Origin: a virus
Lineage: Duplodnaviria; Heunggongvirae; Uroviricota; Caudoviricetes
Strand: one strand, 5' to 3'
DNA length: 13,034 nt
IMG/VR virus record: IMGVR_UViG_2654587571_000008
Location: 1 to 13,034 of that record
In this document: piece after piece, positions 1 through 7,236 of the stretch
Layout: each line of letters starts with the position of its first letter
How positions within the stretch are numbered: position 1 is the stretch's first letter
Notes under the pieces: generated by a model
Seen by the model: only the letters and a program-made list of their open reading frames with translations
Database searches by the model: none
Told to the model about the DNA's origin: nothing
Position numbers and translations under genes: made by a program

Positions 1-68
1 GGTGGCGGCGGCACAGTTGGTGTGGCGGCCTCAGTCCGGAACAATTTGAAAACCAGAACCTCGCTTAG
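1..68 (+). CDS. IS3-family transposase (OrfB) C-terminal fragment; 5' end outside window
   Basis: Codons 3..65 translate to WRRHSWCGGLSPEQFENQNLA followed by TAG at 66..68. From memory this matches the conserved C-terminus of IS3-type OrfB transposases. Confidence 0.7.
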   Translation, partial: WRRHSWCGGLSPEQFENQNLA

Positions 69-98
69 GCCTGTGTCCATATTACGTGGGTAGGATCA
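1..98 (+). mobile_element. Terminal ~98 bp of an IS3-family insertion sequence (right end, including transposase 3' end); body lies outside the window to the left
   Basis: Positions 4..98 are the exact reverse complement of 12940..13034. The element ends ...GGATCA at 98, matching the TGA...TCA termini typical of IS3-family elements (recalled). The transposase reading frame ends inside it. Confidence 0.75.
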
Positions 99-557
99 GA
101 GTTAGTTGTTATACTCAATCAAATCAGCACACTAACTGCTTTAAGTGAGCATCCAAAACTCGGTATCGGCGCTGTTGACATATCACTTTATAACCAGTCG
201 ATATTAACGTCTGAACATAATGGCAATGTTGCAACCATCGAGATAAAACACCATTATCCAAAGGATTTACTTTATCGGCAAGTTCAAGAAGACATCATTT
301 CCGATATTTCAAGAGTAATAGTTTCACCAACTACACACTTTATCCATATAATCCAGCAAAGAACCAAGATTAAAACTCCTTCTTTTGGTCAAGTGAAATT
401 CCTTGAACGTGATGCAAGTGATATCAGCACTTATGTGCAATGTCTTGAGGAGCTAAGTTCATTTCCCAGTAATTTTCATAAAAAAAGTGTATGTATTGAG
501 GTACTTGGTGAAATTATGTCGACATATACCTTTAACGTATATTCATTTGACAACTGA
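99..557 (+). pseudogene. 5'-truncated ORF of unknown function, cut by the IS end; AT-rich, in the bor-like position convergent with Rz1
   Basis: One frame is open from 69 to the TGA at 555..557 (162 codons) in very AT-rich DNA. The first in-frame ATG/GTG is at 393/516 with no Shine-Dalgarno, and the frame runs straight into the IS end at 98/99. Absent from the supplied ORF track because it has no start codon. Confidence 0.4.
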
Positions 558-578
558 TTAATTTGACAATTTTATTGC

Positions 579-836
579 TTAATGGTTAGTTCTCTCTGCA
601 TCTATTTTACGAATATCAGCTTTATCCCGATTGCAGTTAGCCAGCGCAGACAACAGACTCACATTCAGCTCCAGACTGGCACCATACGTCAGCGGATTAG
701 GTATAAACGGTACAGGAGTATCAGAAGTCAGGCTGGGTGGCAGTGGTGCCACCGGAACGCTCACGTAAACTGTCCGCGTACTTCCGCAACCGGTCAGCAG
801 CGGCAGCAGGCACAGCACGTGAAGCACAATCATCAT
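579..836 (-). CDS. Rz1: Rz1-like outer-membrane spanin lipoprotein (o-spanin), overlapping and extending beyond Rz
   Basis: Alternative frame inside the Rz gene. Begins MMIVLHVLCLLPLLTGC (signal peptide plus LLTGC lipobox) followed by a proline-rich region (VPVAPLPPSLTSDTPVPFIPNP). Confidence 0.55.
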   Translation of the reverse strand: MMIVLHVLCLLPLLTGCGSTRTVYVSVPVAPLPPSLTSDTPVPFIPNPLTYGASLELNVSLLSALANCNRDKADIRKIDAERTNH

Positions 837-1113
837 CCGCAACAGCCATTTTGATATCTTCCTGGGTTCTCTGTGACTCCAGTGCGATCTGCTGTTTTGC
901 ATGCTGGTTAGCCTCCAGTACTGTATTGACGATTTGCAGTGATTGCAGGACGTTATTGGTAATGGCAGTTGCCGATTTGGCATTTTGTACAGCCTCATCA
1001 GCACGTTTCTTTTCGTGCTGATATTTGCTGTAGTAGTGATTCGCTGACCAGATGAAAGAGCCAATAACAGTAAAGAAGAAAGCAGAGATAGTCAGCTTAT
1101 AACTCAACTTCAT
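721..1113 (-). CDS. Rz: Rz-like inner-membrane spanin (i-spanin)
   Basis: 130 aa with an N-terminal transmembrane anchor (LTISAFFFTVIGSFIW) and a charged, coiled-coil-like periplasmic domain. Lies immediately downstream of the endolysin and overlaps its 3' end. Confidence 0.7.
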   Translation of the reverse strand: MKLSYKLTISAFFFTVIGSFIWSANHYYSKYQHEKKRADEAVQNAKSATAITNNVLQSLQIVNTVLEANQHAKQQIALESQRTQEDIKMAVADDDCASRAVPAAAADRLRKYADSLRERSGGTTATQPDF

Positions 1114-1573
1114 TTACCACCCCACCAGCCTCTTTAAATCGGGCAATCAGGTCACCGATTTTATGTTCATACTGACCGTAACCTGCACCGGGTAATGAAG
1201 CCCATATATTGCTGCAACGGTCGATTGCCTGACGAATATCGCCGCTATCAATCATAGGTAAAGCGCCACGCTCTTTAATCTGCTGCAATGCCACTGCGTC
1301 CTGGCTTTTGGGGGAGAAGTCTTTCAAACCAAGCTGTTTACGGTAAGCATCCCACCAACGGGAAAGAAGCTGGTAACGTCCGGCGGCTGTTGATTTGAGT
1401 TTGGAGTTTAGCTTGACAAGTTTGCGAGGGTGATCGGAGTAATCAGTGAACAGTTCGCCACCAACAATAACATCATAACCGTGGTTACGTGTCGGTTGTC
1501 GCCCGTTATCCGTTCCTTCTGACCATGCCACCATATCAAGGAAAGCTTTACGCTGGGAATTTAGTACCTGCAT
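1097..1573 (-). CDS. Endolysin, lambda R-type (lytic transglycosylase, phage lysozyme family)
   Basis: 158 aa. N-terminus QRKAFLDMVAWSEGTDNGRQPTRNHGYDVIVGG and the rest match the recalled lambda R sequence almost residue for residue. Confidence 0.9.
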   Translation of the reverse strand: MQVLNSQRKAFLDMVAWSEGTDNGRQPTRNHGYDVIVGGELFTDYSDHPRKLVKLNSKLKSTAAGRYQLLSRWWDAYRKQLGLKDFSPKSQDAVALQQIKERGALPMIDSGDIRQAIDRCSNIWASLPGAGYGQYEHKIGDLIARFKEAGGVVNEVEL

Positions 1574-1576
1574 AAA

Positions 1577-1912
1577 TTACTCCTTAGAGCCACCAAACTT
1601 GTTACCGATTACTCGCATTGCAGCCCCACGAATAGCATCGACACCGATCAGCCCCACGCCACCACCAATGGCAACAGAAAGCGATTTAGGCCATCCGACA
1701 TACTCAAGAGCGGATGCAAAGGTCAGCGTCAGAGCGCCACAGAGCAAAATCTCGAGCGTTTTTCGCTTCCAGCCACCACCACCGCCAAAATAGGCGATGC
1801 GCAAACCAGCCATAACGATCGACATAATCACTGCACCCAGCGGTGTGTCTCCACGCCACCAGCTCTGAAACAACTCCAGCCAGTCCGGCCAGGTATTTGG
1901 GTTATGAGGCAT
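1577..1912 (-). CDS. Holin, lambda S-like (three predicted transmembrane segments)
   Basis: Start chosen at the internal ATG (1912..1910), preceded by GAGGTGAGAG. Three hydrophobic segments and a charged C-terminus, with AGLRIAYFGGGGG and LIGVDAIRGAAMRVI resembling lambda S. Stop is 3 nt before the endolysin start. Confidence 0.6.
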   Translation of the reverse strand: MPHNPNTWPDWLELFQSWWRGDTPLGAVIMSIVMAGLRIAYFGGGGGWKRKTLEILLCGALTLTFASALEYVGWPKSLSVAIGGGVGLIGVDAIRGAAMRVIGNKFGGSKE

Positions 1913-1955
1913 TTCGTCATCTCTCACCTCGCGATATTTGCGGGTGCTGTGTTGG

Positions 1956-1981
1956 AAATAAAAAGGCCACGCAACGTGGCC
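1956..1981 (-). terminator. Intrinsic terminator between the methyltransferase gene and the lysis cassette
   Basis: Perfect 7-bp GC-rich stem GGCCACG/CGTGGCC (1965..1971 and 1975..1981) with a 3-nt loop, followed on the minus-strand RNA by UUUUUAUUU. Confidence 0.6.
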
Positions 1982-1988
1982 ACCAGAA

Positions 1989-3044
1989 TTATTTCCCCAC
2001 CACCAGTTCACTTACCTCTTTCACCGTCTGATTAAACCGCTCTGTCTCAAGCTCAACACCTAACGCCCGACGCCCCAGCGCCATTGCTGCTTTTATTGTG
2101 GAACCGGATCCCATAAAGAAATCAGCAACCAGATCGCCGGGTCGACTACTGGCATTGATTATTTGCCTGAGCATATCCGCCGGTTTCTCACACGGATGTT
2201 TACCCGGGTAGAACTGAACGGGTTTATGCATCCAGACATCGGTATAAGGCACGGAGACTGATACGGAGAAATAGCGCCGGAGAGATTTAAACTCATCCAG
2301 CAATTCAGAATATTTGCGATTCAGTGAATCATAAGATGCCACCAACTGGTGGTGTGGTTGTTCCAGTTGTTGTTCCTGAAACTTCTCTGCCGCTATACGG
2401 GAAAACAGTGCCTGTAACTTCCGGTAGTCAGCCTCATTCGGCAACTGCCACTGACTGGCACCAAACCAGTGGGAAACCATATTTTTCTTACCTGTGGCTT
2501 CGGCAATTTGTTTTGCCGTTATACCCAGTTCGGCACGAGCATCCCTGAAATACGATATCAGCGGTGCCATTATGTGCTGTTTGAGTTCCCTTTCTTTTGC
2601 CGCATAGCCGTCACTTTTGCCGCGATATGGCCCCTGGTAATGTTCAGCAAACAGAACGCGCTCTGTGGCAGGAAAATATGCGCGCAGACTTTCTTTATTA
2701 CACCCATTCCAACGTCCGGACGGCTTCGCCCAGATGATATGGTTAAGCACGTTGAAACGTTCACGCATCATGATCTCAATATCAGATGCCAGGCGATGCC
2801 CACAGAACAGGTAAAGGCTTCCGGCAGGTTTCAACACCCGCCAGAACTGGGCCAGACAGTGGTCCAGCCACTTAAGGTAATCTTCGTCCCCTTTCCACTG
2901 ATTGTCCCAACCGTTGGGTTTCACCTTGAAGTACGGCGGATCGGTAACAATCAGGTCAATGGAATCATCAGGCAGGGACTGAATAAAATGCAGGCAATCA
3001 GCGTTGATTAAATCAACACTGTTTGTTTTTACAGTATTTTTCAT
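1989..3044 (-). CDS. DNA methyltransferase, N6/N4 family (beta-class, orphan)
   Basis: 351 aa with N-terminal motif IV (IVTDPPYF) and C-terminal motif I (DFFMGSGST). No adjacent restriction endonuclease. Confidence 0.85.
   Translation of the reverse strand: MKNTVKTNSVDLINADCLHFIQSLPDDSIDLIVTDPPYFKVKPNGWDNQWKGDEDYLKWLDHCLAQFWRVLKPAGSLYLFCGHRLASDIEIMMRERFNVLNHIIWAKPSGRWNGCNKESLRAYFPATERVLFAEHYQGPYRGKSDGYAAKERELKQHIMAPLISYFRDARAELGITAKQIAEATGKKNMVSHWFGASQWQLPNEADYRKLQALFSRIAAEKFQEQQLEQPHHQLVASYDSLNRKYSELLDEFKSLRRYFSVSVSVPYTDVWMHKPVQFYPGKHPCEKPADMLRQIINASSRPGDLVADFFMGSGSTIKAAMALGRRALGVELETERFNQTVKEVSELVVGK
3017..3036. promoter_or_regulatory. SOS-box-like palindrome (CTGT-N8-ACAG) overlapping codons 3-9 of the methyltransferase
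   Basis: cACTGTttgtttttACAGTA read directly; compare the recalled LexA consensus TACTGTATATATATACAGTA. It is the only CTGT-N8-ACAG site I found in the window. Confidence 0.3.
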
Positions 3045-3193
3045 GGATCAGTAAGCGTAACTCTGGTAGGCTCACTCTGCTTTTGCGCTAAAGCAGTGGG
3101 CCATGGTTCGCTTGTGACCAGTAAGCATGAGCGAATGGCTGGCAGGTGCTACCAACACCCACCAGCCGCCCATTTTCACAAATTAAAAGCCCT

Positions 3194-3388
3194 TCATTGC
3201 TGAAGGCGTCTGTAACAGCCGAACTGGTAATCTGCCAGCCCCGCCATAACCAGCTGGGTCAGTATTAACTGACAGCGTTCGCGTGAAAGGTATGTGTTTT
3301 GTGCAATCTCCCCGACTGTTGCCGGTTCGATGCTTAATTCATTAAAAACAACTTTCGCCGTTTCTGTCATATCTTGCTGTTTTAGCAT
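3194..3388 (-). CDS. Small (64 aa) putative winged-helix/HTH protein
   Basis: Start placed at the ATG at 3388 with AAGGGA about 8 nt upstream (the track ORF begins at 3412). ATVGEIAQNTYLSRERCQLILTQLVMAG looks like a helix-turn-helix. Confidence 0.4.
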   Translation of the reverse strand: MLKQQDMTETAKVVFNELSIEPATVGEIAQNTYLSRERCQLILTQLVMAGLADYQFGCYRRLQQ

Positions 3389-3509
3389 GTCTTTTTCCCT
3401 TCTGGTTAACATGACATACCAATAACTCTTGTCTAAAAAGCCAGCAAGATAAACAGTCAGTATTCACGACCACCAGCGTGTTTACCGTACTGCACCAATG
3501 TTTAATTTA

Positions 3510-3532
3510 TAAAAAAACCGCGAGAACGCGGT
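3510..3532 (-). terminator. Intrinsic terminator downstream of the 176-aa cargo gene
   Basis: 6-bp stem ACCGCG/CGCGGT (3517..3522 and 3527..3532) with a 4-nt loop. The plus-strand A7 run (3510..3516) gives a U7 tract after the hairpin on the minus-strand RNA. Confidence 0.6.
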
Positions 3533-3569
3533 AAGTATTGTTAAAAAACCAACAGTAATTTCACTCAAC

Positions 3570-4100
3570 TTATTTAATACATTCTTTTGCTTGCGCATAA
3601 TAAATTTTATGAGTATTAGCAAGCTTAACGAAGTTATACTTAACTGCCCCTAACAGGGTTCCAACTCTTGTATGCCCTTCCATTAAATGGAGCCCTGTTG
3701 TATTACTTTTCAGCAAAGCTCGATCTATAAAAAATGGTGGTTCGCACCATGTGCCAAAATTACACCAATGCGCTTTTATTTCATCATCCATAAATACATC
3801 ACCTTTACGGGTCATGTAATCTTCAACGACCTCATGCAAAAAATCAGGGCAAGTAGCATTATCCCCGATAGTTAAAAAGTTTTTAGTGGGAAGTTCAATC
3901 AATTTCCATTCAATTTGGTCAATATCAAGATCCCCATAAAGCTTCTGAAATCTGTCATCACCTACCAATCCATAATAAATCTCCTGAATTACAGGAGAGG
4001 GGGCAATGATAGAATATTGCTCACGAAGTATTCTTTCAGCCTCAGGAGCTTCAAATATGGTTCTTTCTGAGAAAATAGGCAGAAGATCTCGGTATAACAT
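3570..4100 (-). CDS. Hypothetical protein (176 aa), AT-rich cargo gene between Q and the lysis genes
   Basis: Long ORF in locally AT-rich DNA, with a GGGGAT Shine-Dalgarno upstream of the ATG and a strong terminator downstream. No family recognised. Confidence 0.5.
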   Translation of the reverse strand: MLYRDLLPIFSERTIFEAPEAERILREQYSIIAPSPVIQEIYYGLVGDDRFQKLYGDLDIDQIEWKLIELPTKNFLTIGDNATCPDFLHEVVEDYMTRKGDVFMDDEIKAHWCNFGTWCEPPFFIDRALLKSNTTGLHLMEGHTRVGTLLGAVKYNFVKLANTHKIYYAQAKECIK

Positions 4101-4132
4101 CCATATCCCCGTGTAAGAAAAAATAATTTAAC

Positions 4133-4152
4133 CCGCTCGGCTGCGGTTTTTT
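4133..4152. terminator. Short GC hairpin with flanking A and T tracts (candidate tR-prime, possibly bidirectional)
   Basis: CCGC tcggct GCGG followed by TTTTTT on the plus strand and preceded by an A-rich run. On the minus strand it sits about 40-55 nt downstream of the predicted late promoter. Confidence 0.35.
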
Positions 4153-4194
4153 GGACTTATCAACGGTAGACACACAAAGCCCATCGTTGAGAAA

Positions 4195-4223
4195 ATCTTA
4201 TCCATGTTTTTTGAAAAATGCAA
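4195..4223 (-). promoter_or_regulatory. Candidate late promoter (PR-prime-like) immediately downstream of the Q gene
   Basis: Minus strand reads TTGCAT, 17-nt spacer, TAAGAT (complement of 4218..4223 and 4195..4200), in the 154-bp gap between Q and the first late gene. Confidence 0.35.
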
Positions 4224-4254
4224 GCATCATGTCGCTATCTTTGTTGAAAATCAT

Positions 4255-5007
4255 TTATCTTGTCACTTTTCTCAATTGCGCTTCAGCATATGCTTCTTCC
4301 TGCCAGCACTTTGTAACCAGTTTATCAATGACGTCTGCATATCCTTTGTACCACTGATAATCCGTCAGGTCTGTTACCAGATTCTGGACATGACGTCGTG
4401 CCAGTGTGGTTGGTAAACGGCTAAATCGGTTTCCATTGCAACGCCCACAAATCTTATAAACAGGCGTGCCATGAAGCCGGGTTCTTTTTTCATCCAGGAC
4501 AATACCTTTACCCTTACATCCTCTGCACGCTGTGCTGACTTCTCCCTTACCATGACAATGCTGACATAGTTCCTTCACCCACTCTTCCTTGATAACAGAT
4601 TCCCCGTTTCTGGAGTGTTTCACCACTTCGCGCAATACATTATGAAATCCAGTACCAGCACAATGCTCACAGCGAGCCTTACTTGCCGCAGATCTGGAAT
4701 AATCAGCAAAGGCAAAATTCACAAGGTAAGGAATGATCTGTAGCCGGGTTTCTTCACTCAATTTGTTCAATGTCGGGTTATCCAGTGCCATCGCGTAATT
4801 GAGCAGACCTTCAATCGCAAACTGAGGATCCTGAACACCAACTTTTGCCAGGAATAAGGCAAAACCCAGTGGTGCTTTCGACTGCACCATCCCCTGCGCA
4901 GCCATCACATCTGTAATTGTTAAACCACCCGAGCCTGTCGCCGGTGCGTCATCACTCAATTTTGGAGATTTTGGGGAGTAATATTTTGGTAAGGCTTCAA
5001 GGTTCAT
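4255..5007 (-). CDS. Q-like late antiterminator with four CxxCxGxG zinc-finger motifs
   Basis: 250 aa with CEHCAGTG, CQHCHGKG, CRGCKGKG and CGRCNGNR. Sits directly upstream of the late promoter/terminator region. Good GGAGAA Shine-Dalgarno. Length agrees with the long Q-like proteins of E. coli prophages (recalled). Confidence 0.55.
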   Translation of the reverse strand: MNLEALPKYYSPKSPKLSDDAPATGSGGLTITDVMAAQGMVQSKAPLGFALFLAKVGVQDPQFAIEGLLNYAMALDNPTLNKLSEETRLQIIPYLVNFAFADYSRSAASKARCEHCAGTGFHNVLREVVKHSRNGESVIKEEWVKELCQHCHGKGEVSTACRGCKGKGIVLDEKRTRLHGTPVYKICGRCNGNRFSRLPTTLARRHVQNLVTDLTDYQWYKGYADVIDKLVTKCWQEEAYAEAQLRKVTR

Positions 5008-5020
5008 GCTCGTTCTCCAC

Positions 5021-6016
5021 TTACGCCAGTACGCCTATTGCCAGCGCACGATCGATAAAACGAAATATCAGCTCCAACTGGGAGCCATACATCTCTTCAA
5101 ATGCCACGGTATCCGCATGCAGCTCGTCGTGATGCTTTCTGCACAAAGGCAACACAAAGAGGTCATGCGCTTTTGTACCCATTCCCCCCTGACCGTGGCC
5201 TATCAGGTGGTGGGGATCATCAGCAAGCTTTCCACAACATGCACACGGCTGTGTCTTAACCCAGCGCGTGTACTTTTCATTAACCCAGCGGCGACGTTTT
5301 GGGCGTAACATAAAAGACTCCGGCGACTCCGGATCCACTTTCAGCGCCAGCACCTTTTTCGCTTTATCCTGGATAATGCTGGTGGCAGGAACCGAAGGCA
5401 CAAGGTCACTTTCCCGGGTGACAGACGGCACAACAGGCTTCGGTAATCTCAGTGCCTTACGGGCTGCACTTTCCGGTAAGGCATCCGCCAGGTCATTACG
5501 AATCAGCCACCAGCACAGTTCCGGCATTGTCACAACGTGACTGTCATCAAAACCGAGATCCCGACGCACAACAGACAACACCCAACGGGCACAGTTATCC
5601 GTTGCCATTGATTCCAGCCGTTCCGTGAACTGATCGCGCAGCTGGTTATCGCAGTGCCAGCAGAGACGGATTGCGCCCGGAGCGTGCCGCATTGTGGTCA
5701 TGTTCTCGCTGTGCCAGTCGGAATGAGGCCACTGGCAGCCTTTTTCACGAAGTAACCAGCTTTCAAGACATTCCACCCCACCAGCACGACGGATCACTGC
5801 CTCATTGCGGAACACGGCCCGAACGGCAGGATCATCCGCCAGCGGTTGTGATGCCGCGGGAACGGCACCACTGGCGAAAGATGAATAACGTTCCGGCTCA
5901 GGCTCCAGCAGGACACGCCCCTGCATAAACAGGGGCATCAGCTCTGAACCGGGCCTGAACAATACGATCCCCATACGCGGGGCAATTTCAGGGGTCAGTA
6001 GTGCTCTCACAGTCAC
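5021..6016 (-). CDS. DUF968-like prophage protein with a C-terminal Cys/His cluster (HNH-like)
   Basis: 331 aa. C-terminus PCACCGK...DPHH...GGMGTKAHDL...PLCRKHHDELH. Nin-region position between KilA-N and Q. Family assignment is from memory. Confidence 0.5.
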   Translation of the reverse strand: MTVRALLTPEIAPRMGIVLFRPGSELMPLFMQGRVLLEPEPERYSSFASGAVPAASQPLADDPAVRAVFRNEAVIRRAGGVECLESWLLREKGCQWPHSDWHSENMTTMRHAPGAIRLCWHCDNQLRDQFTERLESMATDNCARWVLSVVRRDLGFDDSHVVTMPELCWWLIRNDLADALPESAARKALRLPKPVVPSVTRESDLVPSVPATSIIQDKAKKVLALKVDPESPESFMLRPKRRRWVNEKYTRWVKTQPCACCGKLADDPHHLIGHGQGGMGTKAHDLFVLPLCRKHHDELHADTVAFEEMYGSQLELIFRFIDRALAIGVLA

Positions 6017-6017
6017 C

Positions 6018-6827
6018 TCAATGAACGGTATCGAGCAACTTTAACAGCTCGGGGAATCGGGATTCGAAGAAATGCGGCTGCGTCTCGCGCGGATTTGCGG
6101 GACTGGTGATGTTCTTGCCGAACATGCAGCCTTTCGCTGTCAGCGACCAGAATTTTTTGATGTTGTTAATCGCGGTACGGCTGTATCGTTCGCGCTGCTC
6201 GACGATCCCCAGCTTCACCATCTGGTGATATGCCTGATTAGCTGTCAGGCGGATACCATACTGCTTCAGCAGTGCACTCAGTGACAGCGTGGGGCGGCTT
6301 GAGCCATCAGGCGCGTCAGCAGGAGCATCAATGGCATAGCGCGGTGCCAGATTCGGTAAGCCAACAGCCTCCTGGAGTTTCTGACAGGCACCAAGCACTG
6401 AAGAGTTAGACAGGTTTAATTCCCGGCGCATAAAGTCCAGCAGAATCACACCAGCCTGCATCTTGTCAGCAGCCTGTCCGGATAATTTTTCCGGTGCGCT
6501 GGTTACCATATCGAAAGTACGGATCACCTTCAGATGGAATGACGGGCTGATCCACATTGCATAGGCATACACCAGTTCCTTGCAGACATACGTTCCCCGT
6601 TCATTTCCCCCATGAATCACACTCACCGGGTCAACACCCAAATTCTGAGTGTTGGTCAATTCATGAACAAGCTCAACAGTTTGTTGGCTGGAAAGAAACT
6701 TTCCTGGCTCCTTGGTTCTGGCATTTGCACCAGATGCTACTGCTGCGCGATGCAGATCGTTCAGACTGTAACGCCCATAAGCATCACGACGAACTTCAAT
6801 ACCATCAATGACCATCAGATTATTCAT
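6018..6827 (-). CDS. KilA-N domain protein (antirepressor-like)
   Basis: N-terminal ~100 aa (VIDGIEVRRDAYGRYSLNDLHRAA...GTYVCKELVYAYAMWISPSFHLKVIRTF) fits the KilA-N/APSES pattern. GAGGAG Shine-Dalgarno. Confidence 0.65.
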   Translation of the reverse strand: MNNLMVIDGIEVRRDAYGRYSLNDLHRAAVASGANARTKEPGKFLSSQQTVELVHELTNTQNLGVDPVSVIHGGNERGTYVCKELVYAYAMWISPSFHLKVIRTFDMVTSAPEKLSGQAADKMQAGVILLDFMRRELNLSNSSVLGACQKLQEAVGLPNLAPRYAIDAPADAPDGSSRPTLSLSALLKQYGIRLTANQAYHQMVKLGIVEQRERYSRTAINNIKKFWSLTAKGCMFGKNITSPANPRETQPHFFESRFPELLKLLDTVH

Positions 6828-6846
6828 ACTTCGTTTCTCCTCTTAA

Positions 6847-7236
6847 TCAGGCGGCTGCACCCGCCGTTTTCTCGTACTTACTTATAGTGATCTCGACCTT
6901 CCCTTCCGGGATAACCGGTCCCCACTCCACCAGCATTCTTTTCACCTGACTGTCGTCTTCCCACACACCCGCGTGGGTCAGGGCGTCAAACAGCGCCTTG
7001 TTATAGTTGTCCAGATCGCGGATCCGGTTATCCGGAGGAAACAACACGATCTCCACTGAAGCAGGTGCCGACGTTGGTTTTGGCAGACGACGTAACTGCT
7101 CAACTATTGCTGCACACGCCGCGCTCTGGAATTTGCGCCCCGCCGCGCTTATCAGGCTCTTACCTGCAAACGCCCCTTTGTTGGGGTGTCGCCAGTACGT
7201 GTTCACGCTGGGCGGAAAAGGCAGTATTAGCTTCAT
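6847..7236 (-). CDS. rusA: RusA Holliday-junction resolvase
   Basis: 129 aa. LPFPPSVNTYWRH and RDLDNYNKALFDALTHAGVWEDDSQV match the RusA signature, including the catalytic Asp cluster. Confidence 0.85.
   Translation of the reverse strand: MKLILPFPPSVNTYWRHPNKGAFAGKSLISAAGRKFQSAACAAIVEQLRRLPKPTSAPASVEIVLFPPDNRIRDLDNYNKALFDALTHAGVWEDDSQVKRMLVEWGPVIPEGKVEITISKYEKTAGAAA

Noticed and set aside
1-98. tRNA or attachment-site remnant in the terminal repeat
   Set aside because: No cloverleaf-compatible sequence or T-loop motif (GTTCGAATC-like), and the repeats are inverted rather than direct as att sites would be.
1269-1277. Lambda-type boxA-like CGCTCTTTA inside the endolysin gene
   Set aside because: It is on the plus strand, antisense to the only plausible transcript, and within coding sequence, so most likely chance.
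1913-2011. Longer N-terminus for the holin as given in the ORF track (start at 2011)
   Set aside because: It would overlap the methyltransferase 3' end and read through the intrinsic terminator at 1956..1981. The internal ATG at 1912 has a Shine-Dalgarno and gives a typical holin length.
4133-4152. Calling this a confident terminator
   Set aside because: The stem is only 4 bp and the minus-strand U tract is interrupted. It is kept as a low-confidence feature because of its position after the late promoter.
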